A DNA stretch of 64,000 nt from contig JAGLZA010000099.1 of the NCBI GenBank assembly GCA_023131835.1, positions 787 to 64,786 of the forward strand, read 5' to 3'. Both the position numbers and the translations under genes were made by a program. Below, piece by piece: positions 19,364-30,122 of the stretch (its first letter is position 1; each line of letters begins with the position of its first letter). Under the pieces are notes generated by a model. That model saw nothing but the letters and a program-made list of their open reading frames with translations. It did not search any database and was not told the origin of the DNA. Source of the DNA: a candidate division WOR-3 bacterium. Its GTDB lineage: Bacteria > Hydrothermota > UBA3072.

Positions 19364-19364
19364 T

Positions 19365-20225
19365 TTAGATCACCTCCGCTCTTCCATCTTTAGTTATCCT
19401 TACTGTAGAACGCCTATCAGCCCAGCACTGGACTGCAATTCCAATAGGAAAGGAAGCAGGATGTCTATGTGCATACTCTATATGCACATCAAGAACAGTT
19501 GTCTTCCCTCCAACACCCATAGGACCTACTCCTGATTCATTAATCAATTTGAGTAATTCCTCTTCCAATTCGGCAATATGGGGTTCGGGATGTCGTACGC
19601 CTACATCCCTGAGTAATGACTTCTTACCAAGTTTTAAGGATAGGTCTGCCCCACCACCAACACCAATTCCAACAACAGTTGGTGGACATGGTTTTCCTCC
19701 GCAACCTACAATGTGGTCAACTACAAATCGCTTTAAACCTTTAATACCCTTTCCAGGAGCCATCATATTAAGTGCACACATATTCTCAGAGCCACCACCT
19801 TTGGGAAGCAAATGAATTGTACACTCTTCTCCCTTTACTATATCCCAGGTTATGTAGGGGACATAGTTTCCAACGTTATTTCCTGGATTCTCGCCAGTAA
19901 AGGGATTTACTGTATTTGGTCTGAGGGGAATTTCCCCGCTAGCTCGCTTGACTGCATTTGTAATGATATCCTTTAGTTCCCCAAGATATGGGAAATCAGC
20001 ACCTACCTCTATATAAAACGTCTGTATTCCAGTATCCTGACACATTGGTGCACCTGTTTCTCGAGAGACCTTGATGTTCTCTAAGATTGCTTCAACTTGT
20101 ACCCTTGCTGGTCCTTCCTCAACCTCATACGCCTTTTCCAGGGCAGATACTACATCATTGGGCAATTGTGTTTCTGCTCGTCTAATAGCTTCAACTAACT
20201 GATCCTCAATATCTTTATTGCTCAC
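19365..20225 (-). CDS. Class I fumarate hydratase alpha subunit (Fe-S hydro-lyase)
   Basis: CQDTGIQTF and a CGG...CPP Cys pattern typical of Fe-S type hydro-lyase alpha subunits. Confidence 0.7.
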   Translation of the reverse strand: MSNKDIEDQLVEAIRRAETQLPNDVVSALEKAYEVEEGPARVQVEAILENIKVSRETGAPMCQDTGIQTFYIEVGADFPYLGELKDIITNAVKRASGEIPLRPNTVNPFTGENPGNNVGNYVPYITWDIVKGEECTIHLLPKGGGSENMCALNMMAPGKGIKGLKRFVVDHIVGCGGKPCPPTVVGIGVGGGADLSLKLGKKSLLRDVGVRHPEPHIAELEEELLKLINESGVGPMGVGGKTTVLDVHIEYAHRHPASFPIGIAVQCWADRRSTVRITKDGRAEVI

Positions 20226-20310
20226 AATATCTCCTCCTTATTTTAGATTGACCGATTTTCAGTTATTTGAGCACACTGTAACACGTTTAAAATAAATGTC
20301 AACCCATTTC

Positions 20311-20720
<410 letters not shown>

Positions 20721-20771
20721 TCACAAAATCAAGGCTAAAAGTATTTACTAAACACAGGGAGAAGCATATCG

Positions 20772-21515
20772 TTAAACCTGAGGCACTTCAGTAATTCTTG
20801 AAAGTAATCTTTTTGAGCGATCTTCTTCTGGATTTAATTCCAGCGCTTTTTTGAGATATTTAATAGCAGCAGTGATTTCATGGAGCAGGAAGTACCCATT
20901 TCCCATCCAGAAATACAATGATGCATATTCAACCCCTGCTTCTTCAAGAATCTTAAAGTGCTCAAGTGCCTTTTCCTCATTTCCCTTGCTGTGATATGCA
21001 ATTCCAAGATGGTAATGAGCTATCTTTGACTGGGGAGAGTGCTTTATCAATTTTAGGAGATTGTCTATTGCCTCATCAATATCTCCTGTATGATAATAAC
21101 AGTGACCCAACCAGTAATATGCCATGGAAAAATCAGGATTTTTCCCAATACATTTTTCAAAATAATCAATCGCCTTCTTTATCTTACCCATCCTAAAAAA
21201 TGAAATACCAATTTCATAAAGAGTGTCAGGGAAATCAGGCAGGAGTTTGAGAGATTTTTTCTGGTTTTCAATAGCAAGTTCAATCTCCCCAATAATGTAT
21301 GCAAGATAACCAGCTAACCTGTATATATATGGATCATTTAATTCCTCACATACCTTTCGACAATTCTTGAGAGCATCCCTCATTTTACCCTTTCTTCTAA
21401 ATTCCGTTACCTGTCTCATCCAATACGCAGGTGAATCTTCCTTTATGGGAAAACCACAGTAAGGACAGAAAACAAAATCATCCCTTACTTCCTCACCACA
21501 ATTTTTACATATCAT
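20772..21515 (-). CDS. TPR-repeat protein with N-terminal zinc-ribbon
   Basis: CKNCGEEV...CPYCG zinc ribbon followed by multiple TPR-like A/Y/W-rich 34-aa repeats. Overlaps the icd stop by 1 nt. Confidence 0.6.
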   Translation of the reverse strand: MICKNCGEEVRDDFVFCPYCGFPIKEDSPAYWMRQVTEFRRKGKMRDALKNCRKVCEELNDPYIYRLAGYLAYIIGEIELAIENQKKSLKLLPDFPDTLYEIGISFFRMGKIKKAIDYFEKCIGKNPDFSMAYYWLGHCYYHTGDIDEAIDNLLKLIKHSPQSKIAHYHLGIAYHSKGNEEKALEHFKILEEAGVEYASLYFWMGNGYFLLHEITAAIKYLKKALELNPEEDRSKRLLSRITEVPQV

Positions 21516-22831
21516 TAATTCTTCATCCTTCTTATAATCTCCTGTCCAAATTCCGATGTTTTTATTGGTTCCACACCTTTTAGATGTCTTGCAAAGTCAT
21601 AGGTAACTTTCCTATCCATAATGGTCTTCCCAAGAGCATCTTCTATTAACTCTGCAGCCTCGACCCAACCCATATATTTAAGCATCATTACACCTGACAG
21701 AATCAGAGAGGATGGATTTACCCTATCAAGACCACGGTATTTAGGCGCCGAACCATGGGTTGGCTCAAACAGTGCAATGTAATCCCCAATATTAGCGCCT
21801 GGAGCAATTCCAAGACCACCTATCTGGGCAGCGCAGGCATCTGACAGGTAGTCCCCATTCAGATTGGGTAACGCTACCACGTCATATTCATCTGTTCTTG
21901 TAAGGACCTGCTGAAACATCTGGTCGGCAATCCTGTCTTTTATTACAATGCGTTTACCGGGATTACCCGGTTCTCTGCCACCACGCAGATGTTTGAATGC
22001 CCCTTTTTTAGTGGTGGGAGTTACACCATCAGGCCCCTTTACCTGGTCCCACAGTTCGTCTTCTGTAATAACATGGTCTCTGAATTCATCCACTGCAACT
22101 TCATATCCCCAATCCCTGAAAGCACCTTCCGTGAATTTCATTATGTTGCCTTTATGGACCAATGTTACACTATTTCTTTCATTATCTATTGCATATTTGA
22201 TAGCCTTGCGTACCAGTCTTTTTGTACCTCTAATGGACATAGGTTTAACCCCAACTCCAGAGTCCTCCGCGATATCCGTTCCCATCTTCTTATTCAGGAA
22301 TTCAATAACCTTCTTAACCTCTTCTGTACCCTGTTCCCATTCGATCCCTGCATAAACATCTTCGGTATTTTCCCTGAATATAACCATATCCATCTGCTCA
22401 GGATTGTTCACAGGTGAGGGAACCCCTCTGTAATACTTTACCGGTCTCACACATGCATACAGTTCCAGCATTTGTCTCATTGTGACATTCAGGCTCCTAT
22501 AACCCCCGGCGACAGGTGTGGTGAGTGGCCCTTTAATTGCTACAATATAGTGCTCAATTGCGTTGATAGTATCCTGTGGGAGAGGTTCACCATACATCTC
22601 AGATGCTTTCTCACCCCCGTAGATTTCAAACCAGTTAATCTTTCTTTTATCTCCATAGGCAATTTCCACTGCTGCATTCCAGACAGGTTGAGATGCATTC
22701 ATGATATCCGGACCTATTCCATCACCTTCAATAAAAGGGATTACAGGCTGATCCGGGACCTGCAATTTTCCTTTCTCCATTTCGATTTTTCTACCTTTTT
22801 CAGGTGGCGCAAGTTTATCAAATTCAATCAT
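21515..22831 (-). CDS. icd: NADP-dependent isocitrate dehydrogenase
   Basis: N-terminal [24 protein letters not shown] and other matches to E. coli-type IDH. Length 438 aa. Confidence 0.85.
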   Translation of the reverse strand: MIEFDKLAPPEKGRKIEMEKGKLQVPDQPVIPFIEGDGIGPDIMNASQPVWNAAVEIAYGDKRKINWFEIYGGEKASEMYGEPLPQDTINAIEHYIVAIKGPLTTPVAGGYRSLNVTMRQMLELYACVRPVKYYRGVPSPVNNPEQMDMVIFRENTEDVYAGIEWEQGTEEVKKVIEFLNKKMGTDIAEDSGVGVKPMSIRGTKRLVRKAIKYAIDNERNSVTLVHKGNIMKFTEGAFRDWGYEVAVDEFRDHVITEDELWDQVKGPDGVTPTTKKGAFKHLRGGREPGNPGKRIVIKDRIADQMFQQVLTRTDEYDVVALPNLNGDYLSDACAAQIGGLGIAPGANIGDYIALFEPTHGSAPKYRGLDRVNPSSLILSGVMMLKYMGWVEAAELIEDALGKTIMDRKVTYDFARHLKGVEPIKTSEFGQEIIRRMKN

Positions 22832-22847
22832 TATCTATCCTTCCTCT

Positions 22848-23348
22848 TTAATCGACTTTAAAATCTCCATATTTTTTCACATGCTCCTCAATTCCTCCGT
22901 CCTGAATTAACCTCATCATAAATGGCGGAATAGGAAGGGAATTAAGGGTAAATCCCTTGGTTATATCCCTAATCTCCCCTCTCTCCAGGTCAATCTCAAG
23001 TTCGTCTCCTTCCTCAATCTTATCTGTATCTGTTGTCAGGAGAGGTAATCCTATATTAAAACTGTTCCTGTAGAATATCCTTGCAAAGGAGTTTGCAATA
23101 ATACAGGATACACCGGCAATTTTTATAATTCTTGGTGCATGTTCACGGGAAGAGCCAAGCCCGAAATTTCTACCGGCTACAATGATGTCACCTTCATTGA
23201 CCTTTGAAGCAAATTCGGGATCAGCATCCTCAAGAACATGCTTGGCAAGTTCCGGTAGATTTGACCTCAGGTGGAAGTATCTTCCAGGAGCTATATGATC
23301 CGTTGATATATCGTTACCAAATTTCCATACTTTACCTTTAATTACCAT
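22848..23348 (-). CDS. Aconitase-family dehydratase small subunit (LeuD-like)
   Basis: 166-aa swivel-domain protein (LeuD-like) immediately downstream of the large subunit. Confidence 0.7.
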   Translation of the reverse strand: MVIKGKVWKFGNDISTDHIAPGRYFHLRSNLPELAKHVLEDADPEFASKVNEGDIIVAGRNFGLGSSREHAPRIIKIAGVSCIIANSFARIFYRNSFNIGLPLLTTDTDKIEEGDELEIDLERGEIRDITKGFTLNSLPIPPFMMRLIQDGGIEEHVKKYGDFKVD

Positions 23349-23356
23349 AACTTCTC

Positions 23357-24610
23357 CTACAGATATTTTCTCGGGTCTGTGATTTTACCCTCAATTGCAG
23401 AGGCTGCTGCCATTGCAGGAGACCCGAGATAAATGAAGCCCTCTGGATTTCCCATTCTGCCTCTAAAATTCCTGTTCTGGGTGGAGAGAACCCTCTCTCC
23501 ATCTCCTAAAACACCCATATGCACACCAACACAGGGACCACAACCTGGAGATTGAATGGCTGCTCCTGCCTCGATGAAAATCTCTATTAAACCTTCTTTT
23601 AATGCTTTCTTATACACATCCATTGAAGCAGGAATTACTATCAGTCTCGTCTCCGGATTACTTCTCCTCCCTTCCAGTATTGCCGCCGCTACCTTCAAGT
23701 CCTCCAGTCTTCCATTCGTACAGGTTCCAATATAGACCTGGTCCAGGGGAATGGAATCAACTTCGGATATCTTTTTTACATTGTCTACGGTATGAGGAAA
23801 TGAAATAACAGGTTCTAATTCACTGACGTCAATCTCAAAAACCCTTTCATAATCAGCATCTGAGTCAGCTTTAATTTCCCTGTATCTCTCACCTCTACCT
23901 CTCATCTCAAGATATTTTTTTGTATCTTTATCCGTCGGGATAATCCCTGTCTTTGCTCCTGCTTCAATTGCCATATTTGTTATGGTAAATCTTGAATCCA
24001 TTGATAGATTCTCTATGGTTTCTCCTTCAAATTCCATTGCTTTATAGGTAGCGCCGTCTGCGCCAATCTTTTGAATAATATGAAGTATTAGATCTTTGGA
24101 ATACACCCCTTCGGGGAGTTCTCCCTTCAGTATGAATTTGAAGGTTTCAGGAACCTTGAGCCAGACCTTACCGAGGGCAAACGCAAGTGCCACATCAGTC
24201 GAACCCATTCCGGTTGCAAAGGCCCCCAGTGCACCGGATGTGCATGTGTGGGAATCAGCGCCAACCATCAGGTATCCGGGATTCGCCCAGTCTTCAACCA
24301 GCCTCTGATGACATACACCTTCACCTACCTCTGAAAGATATGCGCCTGTCTTCTTTGAGAATTCCCTCAGCATCTTGTGAGAATTTGATAGTTCTTTCCT
24401 GGGTGATGGAGCGGCATGGTCTAAAAAGAGTATGGTATTTTCTGGGTCAAAGACCCTCTCCATATTTAGTTTCTGCAACCTTTGAATAGAAAGTGGTCCT
24501 GTCCCATCCTGCACCATTGCCACATCAACATCTGCTACAACTATTTCCCCTGCCTCAACCTCCCTCCCGACGTGCTCCCCGATGATTTTTTCAGATATCG
24601 TTTTGTTCAT
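23357..24610 (-). CDS. Aconitase-family dehydratase large subunit (LeuC/HACN-like, archaeal-type ~420 aa)
   Basis: Cys ligands in GCGPCVG and a LeuC-like substrate motif. Start placed at the ATG at 24610 (MNKTISEK), which has a GGGAG RBS and abuts the citrate synthase stop. Confidence 0.75.
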   Translation of the reverse strand: MNKTISEKIIGEHVGREVEAGEIVVADVDVAMVQDGTGPLSIQRLQKLNMERVFDPENTILFLDHAAPSPRKELSNSHKMLREFSKKTGAYLSEVGEGVCHQRLVEDWANPGYLMVGADSHTCTSGALGAFATGMGSTDVALAFALGKVWLKVPETFKFILKGELPEGVYSKDLILHIIQKIGADGATYKAMEFEGETIENLSMDSRFTITNMAIEAGAKTGIIPTDKDTKKYLEMRGRGERYREIKADSDADYERVFEIDVSELEPVISFPHTVDNVKKISEVDSIPLDQVYIGTCTNGRLEDLKVAAAILEGRRSNPETRLIVIPASMDVYKKALKEGLIEIFIEAGAAIQSPGCGPCVGVHMGVLGDGERVLSTQNRNFRGRMGNPEGFIYLGSPAMAAASAIEGKITDPRKYL

Positions 24611-24611
24611 T

Positions 24612-25769
24612 CTACTCCCGTTCATCCATGGGAGTATATTCAACATCAATGGGTCCGTTGTAGATTGCTCTCGGTCTGAATATCCTATTTTGTTGCCGGT
24701 ACTCGATGCAATGACCGACCCAGCCTGAAACTCTTGACACTGCGAAGATGGGTGTAAAGAGATCAGTTGGAATTCCTATGGCTTTGTAGGCGAAGCCGGA
24801 ATAGAAATCAACATTGGGGAATATTCCCTTCTTGCTCACTTCTCTCATCATTATTTCTTCGACCTTTATGGCTGTTTCCACCAATTTGCTTTCTTCCTTT
24901 CCAGCCAGGTTTTTGGCATAATCTTTAAGGATTTTTGCCCTTGGATCGTAGGCTTTATAGACCCTGTGACCGAAGCCCATAATCTTCTTATGCTCTTTTA
25001 TTGCCTTCATGATATAATCTTCGGCATTTTCAGGACTTCCGATTTGCTGGAGCATAGCAACCACTCTCTCATTTGCTCCACCATGCAGAGGGCCCCTAAG
25101 AGTTCCTATCCCTGTAATGATAGAGGAATATATATCAGAGAGTGTTGAAGAAGTTACATAAGTCGAAAAGGTGGATGCATTCATTCCATGGTCTGCATGG
25201 AGAATAAATGCCAGGTCAAGGATTTTGGCACTCTCCTCATCGGGCTTTTCACCATGAAGCATGTAAAGGAAATTGGCAGCGTGGGGAAGAGAATTATCCG
25301 GTTGCAGTATCTCTTTTCCGTTTCTGGCTCTGTCAAACGCTGCAACAAAAGATGGAAGCCTTGCAATGATTTTTTTACCATTTTTGGTAAATCCTCTTAA
25401 TGTCTGTTTTTCTCCCGGAGGTGGCGGTTCCTCCATACCCATATAGGAAACACAGGTCTTCAAAGCATCCATTGGGTGACCACCTTTTGGAAAATTCTTG
25501 ATCCATTCGATTTCCTCTGAAGTTAGTTTTCTGTATTCCTTCATTTCAGTGGTAAAATCATCAAGTTCCTTTTTATTGGGGAGATTGCCAAAGAGCAGAA
25601 AGTAAGTTGCCTCTTCAAAGGTTGAATTCTCTGCCATAATCTCAATAGGTATACCCCTATAGATTAATATGCCATCATCTCCGTCAATACGTGACATTGC
25701 AGATATGGCTGCCGATACTCCTTCAAGTCCACGAGAATACTCAAATTCTCCAGAAGGTTCTTTACCCAT
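24612..25769 (-). CDS. gltA: Citrate synthase
   Basis: GFGHRVYKAYDPRA signature and LIYRGIPIE. Start placed at the ATG at 25769, preceded by AGGAGG-5nt (MGKEPSG...). Confidence 0.85.
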   Translation of the reverse strand: MGKEPSGEFEYSRGLEGVSAAISAMSRIDGDDGILIYRGIPIEIMAENSTFEEATYFLLFGNLPNKKELDDFTTEMKEYRKLTSEEIEWIKNFPKGGHPMDALKTCVSYMGMEEPPPPGEKQTLRGFTKNGKKIIARLPSFVAAFDRARNGKEILQPDNSLPHAANFLYMLHGEKPDEESAKILDLAFILHADHGMNASTFSTYVTSSTLSDIYSSIITGIGTLRGPLHGGANERVVAMLQQIGSPENAEDYIMKAIKEHKKIMGFGHRVYKAYDPRAKILKDYAKNLAGKEESKLVETAIKVEEIMMREVSKKGIFPNVDFYSGFAYKAIGIPTDLFTPIFAVSRVSGWVGHCIEYRQQNRIFRPRAIYNGPIDVEYTPMDERE

Positions 25770-25874
25770 TGTGTCCTCCTTTATTTTTACTAATACTAAT
25801 GTTGAATCGGGCAATGTCAAGGTATTTTTATTTCAGCATAATACCTGTGACTTATGACTGATAGCTAAATAACC

Positions 25875-25903
25875 CTTGACAACGGTTATGGGGTTGTTAA
25901 TAC
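25875..25903 (+). promoter_or_regulatory. Sigma70-like promoter upstream of larA (TTGACA-17-AATACT)
   Basis: TTGACA at 25875-25880 with a weak -10 at 25898-25903. It is ~60 nt upstream of the larA SD. Confidence 0.3.
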
Positions 25904-25966
25904 TATGAGCAAGATAAATTGCCCAAGTTTATATTGTTTTGTTAATAAATAAAAAAGGAGGTAAAA

Positions 25967-27211
25967 ATAAAGATAGAAGTTCCATACGGTAAGGATAAAA
26001 TTACTGTTGATGTCCCTGAAGAGAATGTAAAGGATATTGTCTACCCCAATAAGGTAGAGATTAGAGAACCAGAGAAAATTCTTCAGGAAGCACTGGATAA
26101 TCCTGTTGGAATGGAAAATTTTGACAAGTTTCTGGAAGAGAGTGAGGACATTCTTTTTATAGTGAACGATGGAACCAGACCAACCCCTACTGCCCTTATC
26201 TTAAGATTACTCAATGAAAGAATGGATTTGGAGTCGGCAAAGTATATAATAGCCACAGGAGCCCACCGTGCTCCAACCGAGGAGGAATTCAATTTTATCT
26301 TTGGTGACCTTTATGATGAATTGAAGAACCGCATCATAGTCCATGATGCAAGAAAGATGGAAGATATGGTCTATATCGGCTCAACATCAAATGAGACGGA
26401 GATGTGGGTGAACAGGATTGCCTGGGACGCGGGCAGTTTGATTCCAATAGGCTCTGTGGAACCACATTATTTCGGCGGATTCACAGGTGGAAGAAAATCT
26501 TTCCTTCCGGGAGTTGCAGGTTACAAAACCATACAGCAGAACCATAAACTTGCTTTAAAACCCGGTGCCAGAGCGCTTAAACTGGAAGGTAATCCAGTCC
26601 ATGAAGATTTTAACGAAGCAATAAGAACTATATCTGATAAACCCATATTCTCAATTCAGACAGTCCTTGATGGTGAGAGAAATCTTTATGCCGCAACAGC
26701 CGGTGATATCTACCAATCATTTGACAAGGCGATTTCCTATGCAAGGGAAGTTTTCTGTGTTTTTATACCAGAAAAGGCTGAAATTGTGGTTTCAGTTGCT
26801 CCCTATCCAATGGATGTGGATCTGTATCAATCACAGAAAGCAATTGATAATGGAAAACTTGCCCTGAAAGAAAACGGTGTATTAATAATGGTCGCTAAAT
26901 GCAGAACAGGATTGGGTGATAGGACATTCTATGATCTCCTTTCATCCTCAAATTCTGCAGAAGAGGTTCTGGAAATGATAGAAAAAGAGTATAAACTTGG
27001 TTATCATAAAGCTGGTAAGATGGCAGAGATAGCAACCTGGGCAGAGATGTGGGCCGTGACTGATCTCGAGGATGAGATATTAGAGAATATCTTTATTAGA
27101 CCCTTTGATTCTATCCAGATAGCAATCGATGAAGCAATCAAGAAAAAGGATCCAAATGCTGAAATCCTGTTTCTGATGGACGGAAGTATCAGTGTTCCCA
27201 TAATTCAATAG
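25967..27211 (+). CDS. larA: Lactate racemase LarA family (nickel-pincer-nucleotide dependent); apparent AUA start
   Basis: The frame is open 48 codons upstream of the track ATG (26111), and that N-terminus (IKIEVPYGKDKITV...LDNPVG) matches LarA. VNDGTRPTP and HYFGGFTGGRKSFLPG motifs are present. GGAGG at 25957-25961 lies 5 nt before ATA 25967, with no ATG/GTG/TTG available. Confidence 0.75.
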   Translation: MKIEVPYGKDKITVDVPEENVKDIVYPNKVEIREPEKILQEALDNPVGMENFDKFLEESEDILFIVNDGTRPTPTALILRLLNERMDLESAKYIIATGAHRAPTEEEFNFIFGDLYDELKNRIIVHDARKMEDMVYIGSTSNETEMWVNRIAWDAGSLIPIGSVEPHYFGGFTGGRKSFLPGVAGYKTIQQNHKLALKPGARALKLEGNPVHEDFNEAIRTISDKPIFSIQTVLDGERNLYAATAGDIYQSFDKAISYAREVFCVFIPEKAEIVVSVAPYPMDVDLYQSQKAIDNGKLALKENGVLIMVAKCRTGLGDRTFYDLLSSSNSAEEVLEMIEKEYKLGYHKAGKMAEIATWAEMWAVTDLEDEILENIFIRPFDSIQIAIDEAIKKKDPNAEILFLMDGSISVPIIQ

Positions 27212-27241
27212 TCAACCAATCATGTTTTGGGTAAAAGTTTA

Positions 27242-28057
27242 ATGGTTTTTGTCTTGGAAGGTAAGTTCCGGGAAGTGATTGAATCAATTTATAAGAATAA
27301 AAGGTGTGTGGTATCCTTCTCCGGTGGGATGGATTCATCTCTGCTTTTATGGCTGGCTATTGAGGCTACAGGAAGGGAGAACGTACTGCCTGTTCACATA
27401 ATGACTCCAGCAACTACTTTACAGGAAGAGAAGAATGTAGATAAAATAAGTTCATACCTTGATATCGATGTTGAGAAACTGAAGATTAATATATTGGACA
27501 TCCGGGAAATATTAGAGGGTAGTAAGCTCAGGTGTTATTTCTGTAAAAGATATATGCTTAAGCATCTTGTAGAGATTGCGGATAAAGGAGATTACAATGC
27601 CGTTCTGGAAGGGAGTAACCGAACAGATACTGAATATTATAGACCTGGATTAAAAGCTTTAGACGAGTTTAAGAGTGTCTGTTCACCATTCTTAGAATTC
27701 AGGGTTAAAAAGAGAGAAATTCGTAGAATTTCAGAAGAGATAGGACTGCCGTCTGCAGATTTTGAATCATTGGCTTGTCTCCTGACACGGATGCCCTACG
27801 AAAAAAAAGTGACTGAAAAAGCCCTGAGAAGGATAGATAAAATAGAAGATTTTATTAGGGATTTTGGCGTAAAACAGGTAAGAGCCAGGATTGTCAACAA
27901 TAAAATAAGAGTGGAAACAGGAGAATCCGATATACCAAAGATAAAAGAGAATCAGAATGAAATATTGGAACTCTCTAAAAGGATGGGATTCAATAATACA
28001 ACTCTTGATATAAATCTATATAAACCAGGAAGGTTCGATGGAGAACATTCAGGATAG
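27242..28057 (+). CDS. larE: LarE (ATP-dependent sacrificial sulfur transferase, PP-loop ATPase)
   Basis: SFSGGMDSS PP-loop. Start at the ATG at 27242 (the track uses TTG at 27227). Adjacent to larA and larB. Confidence 0.75.
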   Translation: MVFVLEGKFREVIESIYKNKRCVVSFSGGMDSSLLLWLAIEATGRENVLPVHIMTPATTLQEEKNVDKISSYLDIDVEKLKINILDIREILEGSKLRCYFCKRYMLKHLVEIADKGDYNAVLEGSNRTDTEYYRPGLKALDEFKSVCSPFLEFRVKKREIRRISEEIGLPSADFESLACLLTRMPYEKKVTEKALRRIDKIEDFIRDFGVKQVRARIVNNKIRVETGESDIPKIKENQNEILELSKRMGFNNTTLDINLYKPGRFDGEHSG

Positions 28058-28805
28058 GTTTAATAGTCTGTGGCATAAATGGAAGAATGATGAACTCACA
28101 TTCAACGAAATGATAGAGAAGATAAAATCTCTATTCGTAGAAGATATGGGTTTTGCAAATCTCGATATTGACAGAAAGAGGAGACGAGGCTTTCCTGAAG
28201 CCATTATGGCTGAAGGAAAAATTCTGGTTGACCTTAAAAAGATAATTGGTAAATTATTCGACAGAAATGAAGAAATCGTACTGATCACGAAGGTCAAGAA
28301 AGATATTGCAAAGGAATTATGTGATGATTTCCCTGACTTAATCTATAAAGAAAGAGCAAAAGTACTTTATTATCAAGAGAAAGTTCCGGAAAGGTTAGGT
28401 AAAATTTCATTAATCACAGCGGGTAGCGCAGATATACCTGTAGCAGAGGAAGCAAGGGTTACTGCTGAGATAAGGGGAAGTTACATTGAACCTTTATATG
28501 ATGTTGGTATTGCAGGAATTCACAGACTTTATTTAAACCGGGAGAAATTTCAGAATGCCAATGCTGGGATAGTTATAGCGGGAATGGAGGGAGCGCTTCC
28601 CTCCTTTGTTGCCGGCCTTGTAGATTATCCTATTATAGCTGTTCCTACATCGGTGGGTTATGGAGCTAATCTAAACGGTCTGGTAGCTTTGCTGGGTATG
28701 ATAAACAGTTGTGTTCCGGGTGTTTCTGTGGTGAATGTAGATAATGGTTATGGGGCTGGATATATAGCATCAATGATAAATAGAAAAATAGAAGGAAGAG
28801 GTTAA
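28038..28805 (+). CDS. larB: LarB (PurE-like pyridinium-3,5-biscarboxylic acid mononucleotide synthase)
   Basis: MGFANLDIDRKRRRGFPEAI matches the LarB N-terminus, and the PurE-like core has AGSADIPVAEE. Overlaps larE by 20 nt. Confidence 0.75.
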   Translation: MENIQDRFNSLWHKWKNDELTFNEMIEKIKSLFVEDMGFANLDIDRKRRRGFPEAIMAEGKILVDLKKIIGKLFDRNEEIVLITKVKKDIAKELCDDFPDLIYKERAKVLYYQEKVPERLGKISLITAGSADIPVAEEARVTAEIRGSYIEPLYDVGIAGIHRLYLNREKFQNANAGIVIAGMEGALPSFVAGLVDYPIIAVPTSVGYGANLNGLVALLGMINSCVPGVSVVNVDNGYGAGYIASMINRKIEGRG

Positions 28806-28809
28806 AGAA

Positions 28810-29997
28810 TTGAAAATTCTGTATTTCAACGCCTTTAATGGTATTAGTGGGGATATGATACTCGGCAGCTTTTTAGATTGCTGCATCTCATTTCATCACC
28901 TGAAGGGAGAGATGGAAAAATTGGGTCTGGAAGGAATCGAACTGGAGAAAAGGGCTGTAGAAAAAGCCGGTATCCGTGCGACAAAGGTTTCTATTAGATT
29001 CAAGGGGTCTACTCCCAGACGGACGCTTTCGGATATAGAGCAGATTATTAATGAAAGCAGACTGAATGAGGTTATCAAAGAGGATTCAATAGAGATATTT
29101 AGAAGGTTAGCTAAGGCAGAGTCCTTTGTTCATGGGATATCCATGGATAAGGTCCACTTTCACGAATTAGGGGCAGTGGATACAATTGCGGATATCGTTG
29201 GAGCAGTTTCCTGCTTTAACAGGATAGAACCCGATGCTGTTATGTGTTCTCCAATAAACGTGGGGGCAGGGACAATTAAAACCGAACATGGAGTTCTGCC
29301 CGTTCCTGCTCCAGCCACCGTAGAATTGTTGAAAGGGGTGCCGGTATACAGTAGTGAGATAAAAGCTGAATTATGTACTCCAACGGGAGCGGCAATTATC
29401 ACCTTCTACGCAAATGAATTCAACCAGTTACCGGAGTTAACAGTGGATAAAGTAGGGTATGGTGCGGGAGACAGAGATTTTGAGGGGGTTCCCAATGTGC
29501 TTCGCCTTATGCTGGGGGTTTCAGAAAATGATTATCTACATGACGAGATAATGGAAGTTCAAACCAATATTGACGATATGAATCCAGAAGTATGGAGCCA
29601 TATTTTCGATAAATTCTTTGAGATGGGGGCTCTGGATGTCAATTTAATGGATGCTCATATGAAAAAGAACAGACCAGGGACGGTCCTCTCTGTACTTGTG
29701 AGGAGAGAGAATCTTCAAACTATAATAGATTATATACTAAAAGCCACCTCATCTTTTGGAATTAGATACCATAGAACCGAGAGAGTTAAATTAAAACGTG
29801 AGATTAGAACCATTAAGACAAAATTAGGGAAAATAGAAATAAAGGTAGGATACCTACCTGGAGGTGAGATAAAATTTGCCCCCGAGTATAACTCCTGCAG
29901 GAAAATAGCCGGGGAGAAGAATATTCCAATTATTGAGGTTTACCAGGAAGCTAATAGAGTATTCCAATTGCTTTTAAACAGTGACAATGAAATCTAA
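28810..29997 (+). CDS. larC: LarC (nickel insertion/CTP-dependent nickelochelatase, DUF111)
   Basis: N-terminal KILYFNAFNGISGDMILGSFLD (LarC signature). TTG start with a GAGG RBS. Confidence 0.75.
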   Translation: MKILYFNAFNGISGDMILGSFLDCCISFHHLKGEMEKLGLEGIELEKRAVEKAGIRATKVSIRFKGSTPRRTLSDIEQIINESRLNEVIKEDSIEIFRRLAKAESFVHGISMDKVHFHELGAVDTIADIVGAVSCFNRIEPDAVMCSPINVGAGTIKTEHGVLPVPAPATVELLKGVPVYSSEIKAELCTPTGAAIITFYANEFNQLPELTVDKVGYGAGDRDFEGVPNVLRLMLGVSENDYLHDEIMEVQTNIDDMNPEVWSHIFDKFFEMGALDVNLMDAHMKKNRPGTVLSVLVRRENLQTIIDYILKATSSFGIRYHRTERVKLKREIRTIKTKLGKIEIKVGYLPGGEIKFAPEYNSCRKIAGEKNIPIIEVYQEANRVFQLLLNSDNEI

Positions 29998-30087
29998 CCC
30001 CCGTCATTCCGAATCCCTCTTCTCGCTCAACCGAGTTTACCCCGTGGAATACCTGCACTGTCCCCTTCTTACTGTCAATCTTTTTTC

Positions 30088-30116
30088 TTGACAATATTCA
30101 GAGAATTTACTATTAT
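30088..30116 (+). promoter_or_regulatory. Near-consensus sigma70 promoter TTGACA-17-TATTAT driving a leaderless small ORF
   Basis: TTGACA at 30088-30093, a 17-nt spacer, and TATTAT at 30111-30116. The ATG at 30123 lies 7 nt after the -10. Confidence 0.5.
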
Positions 30117-30122
30117 AAAATT

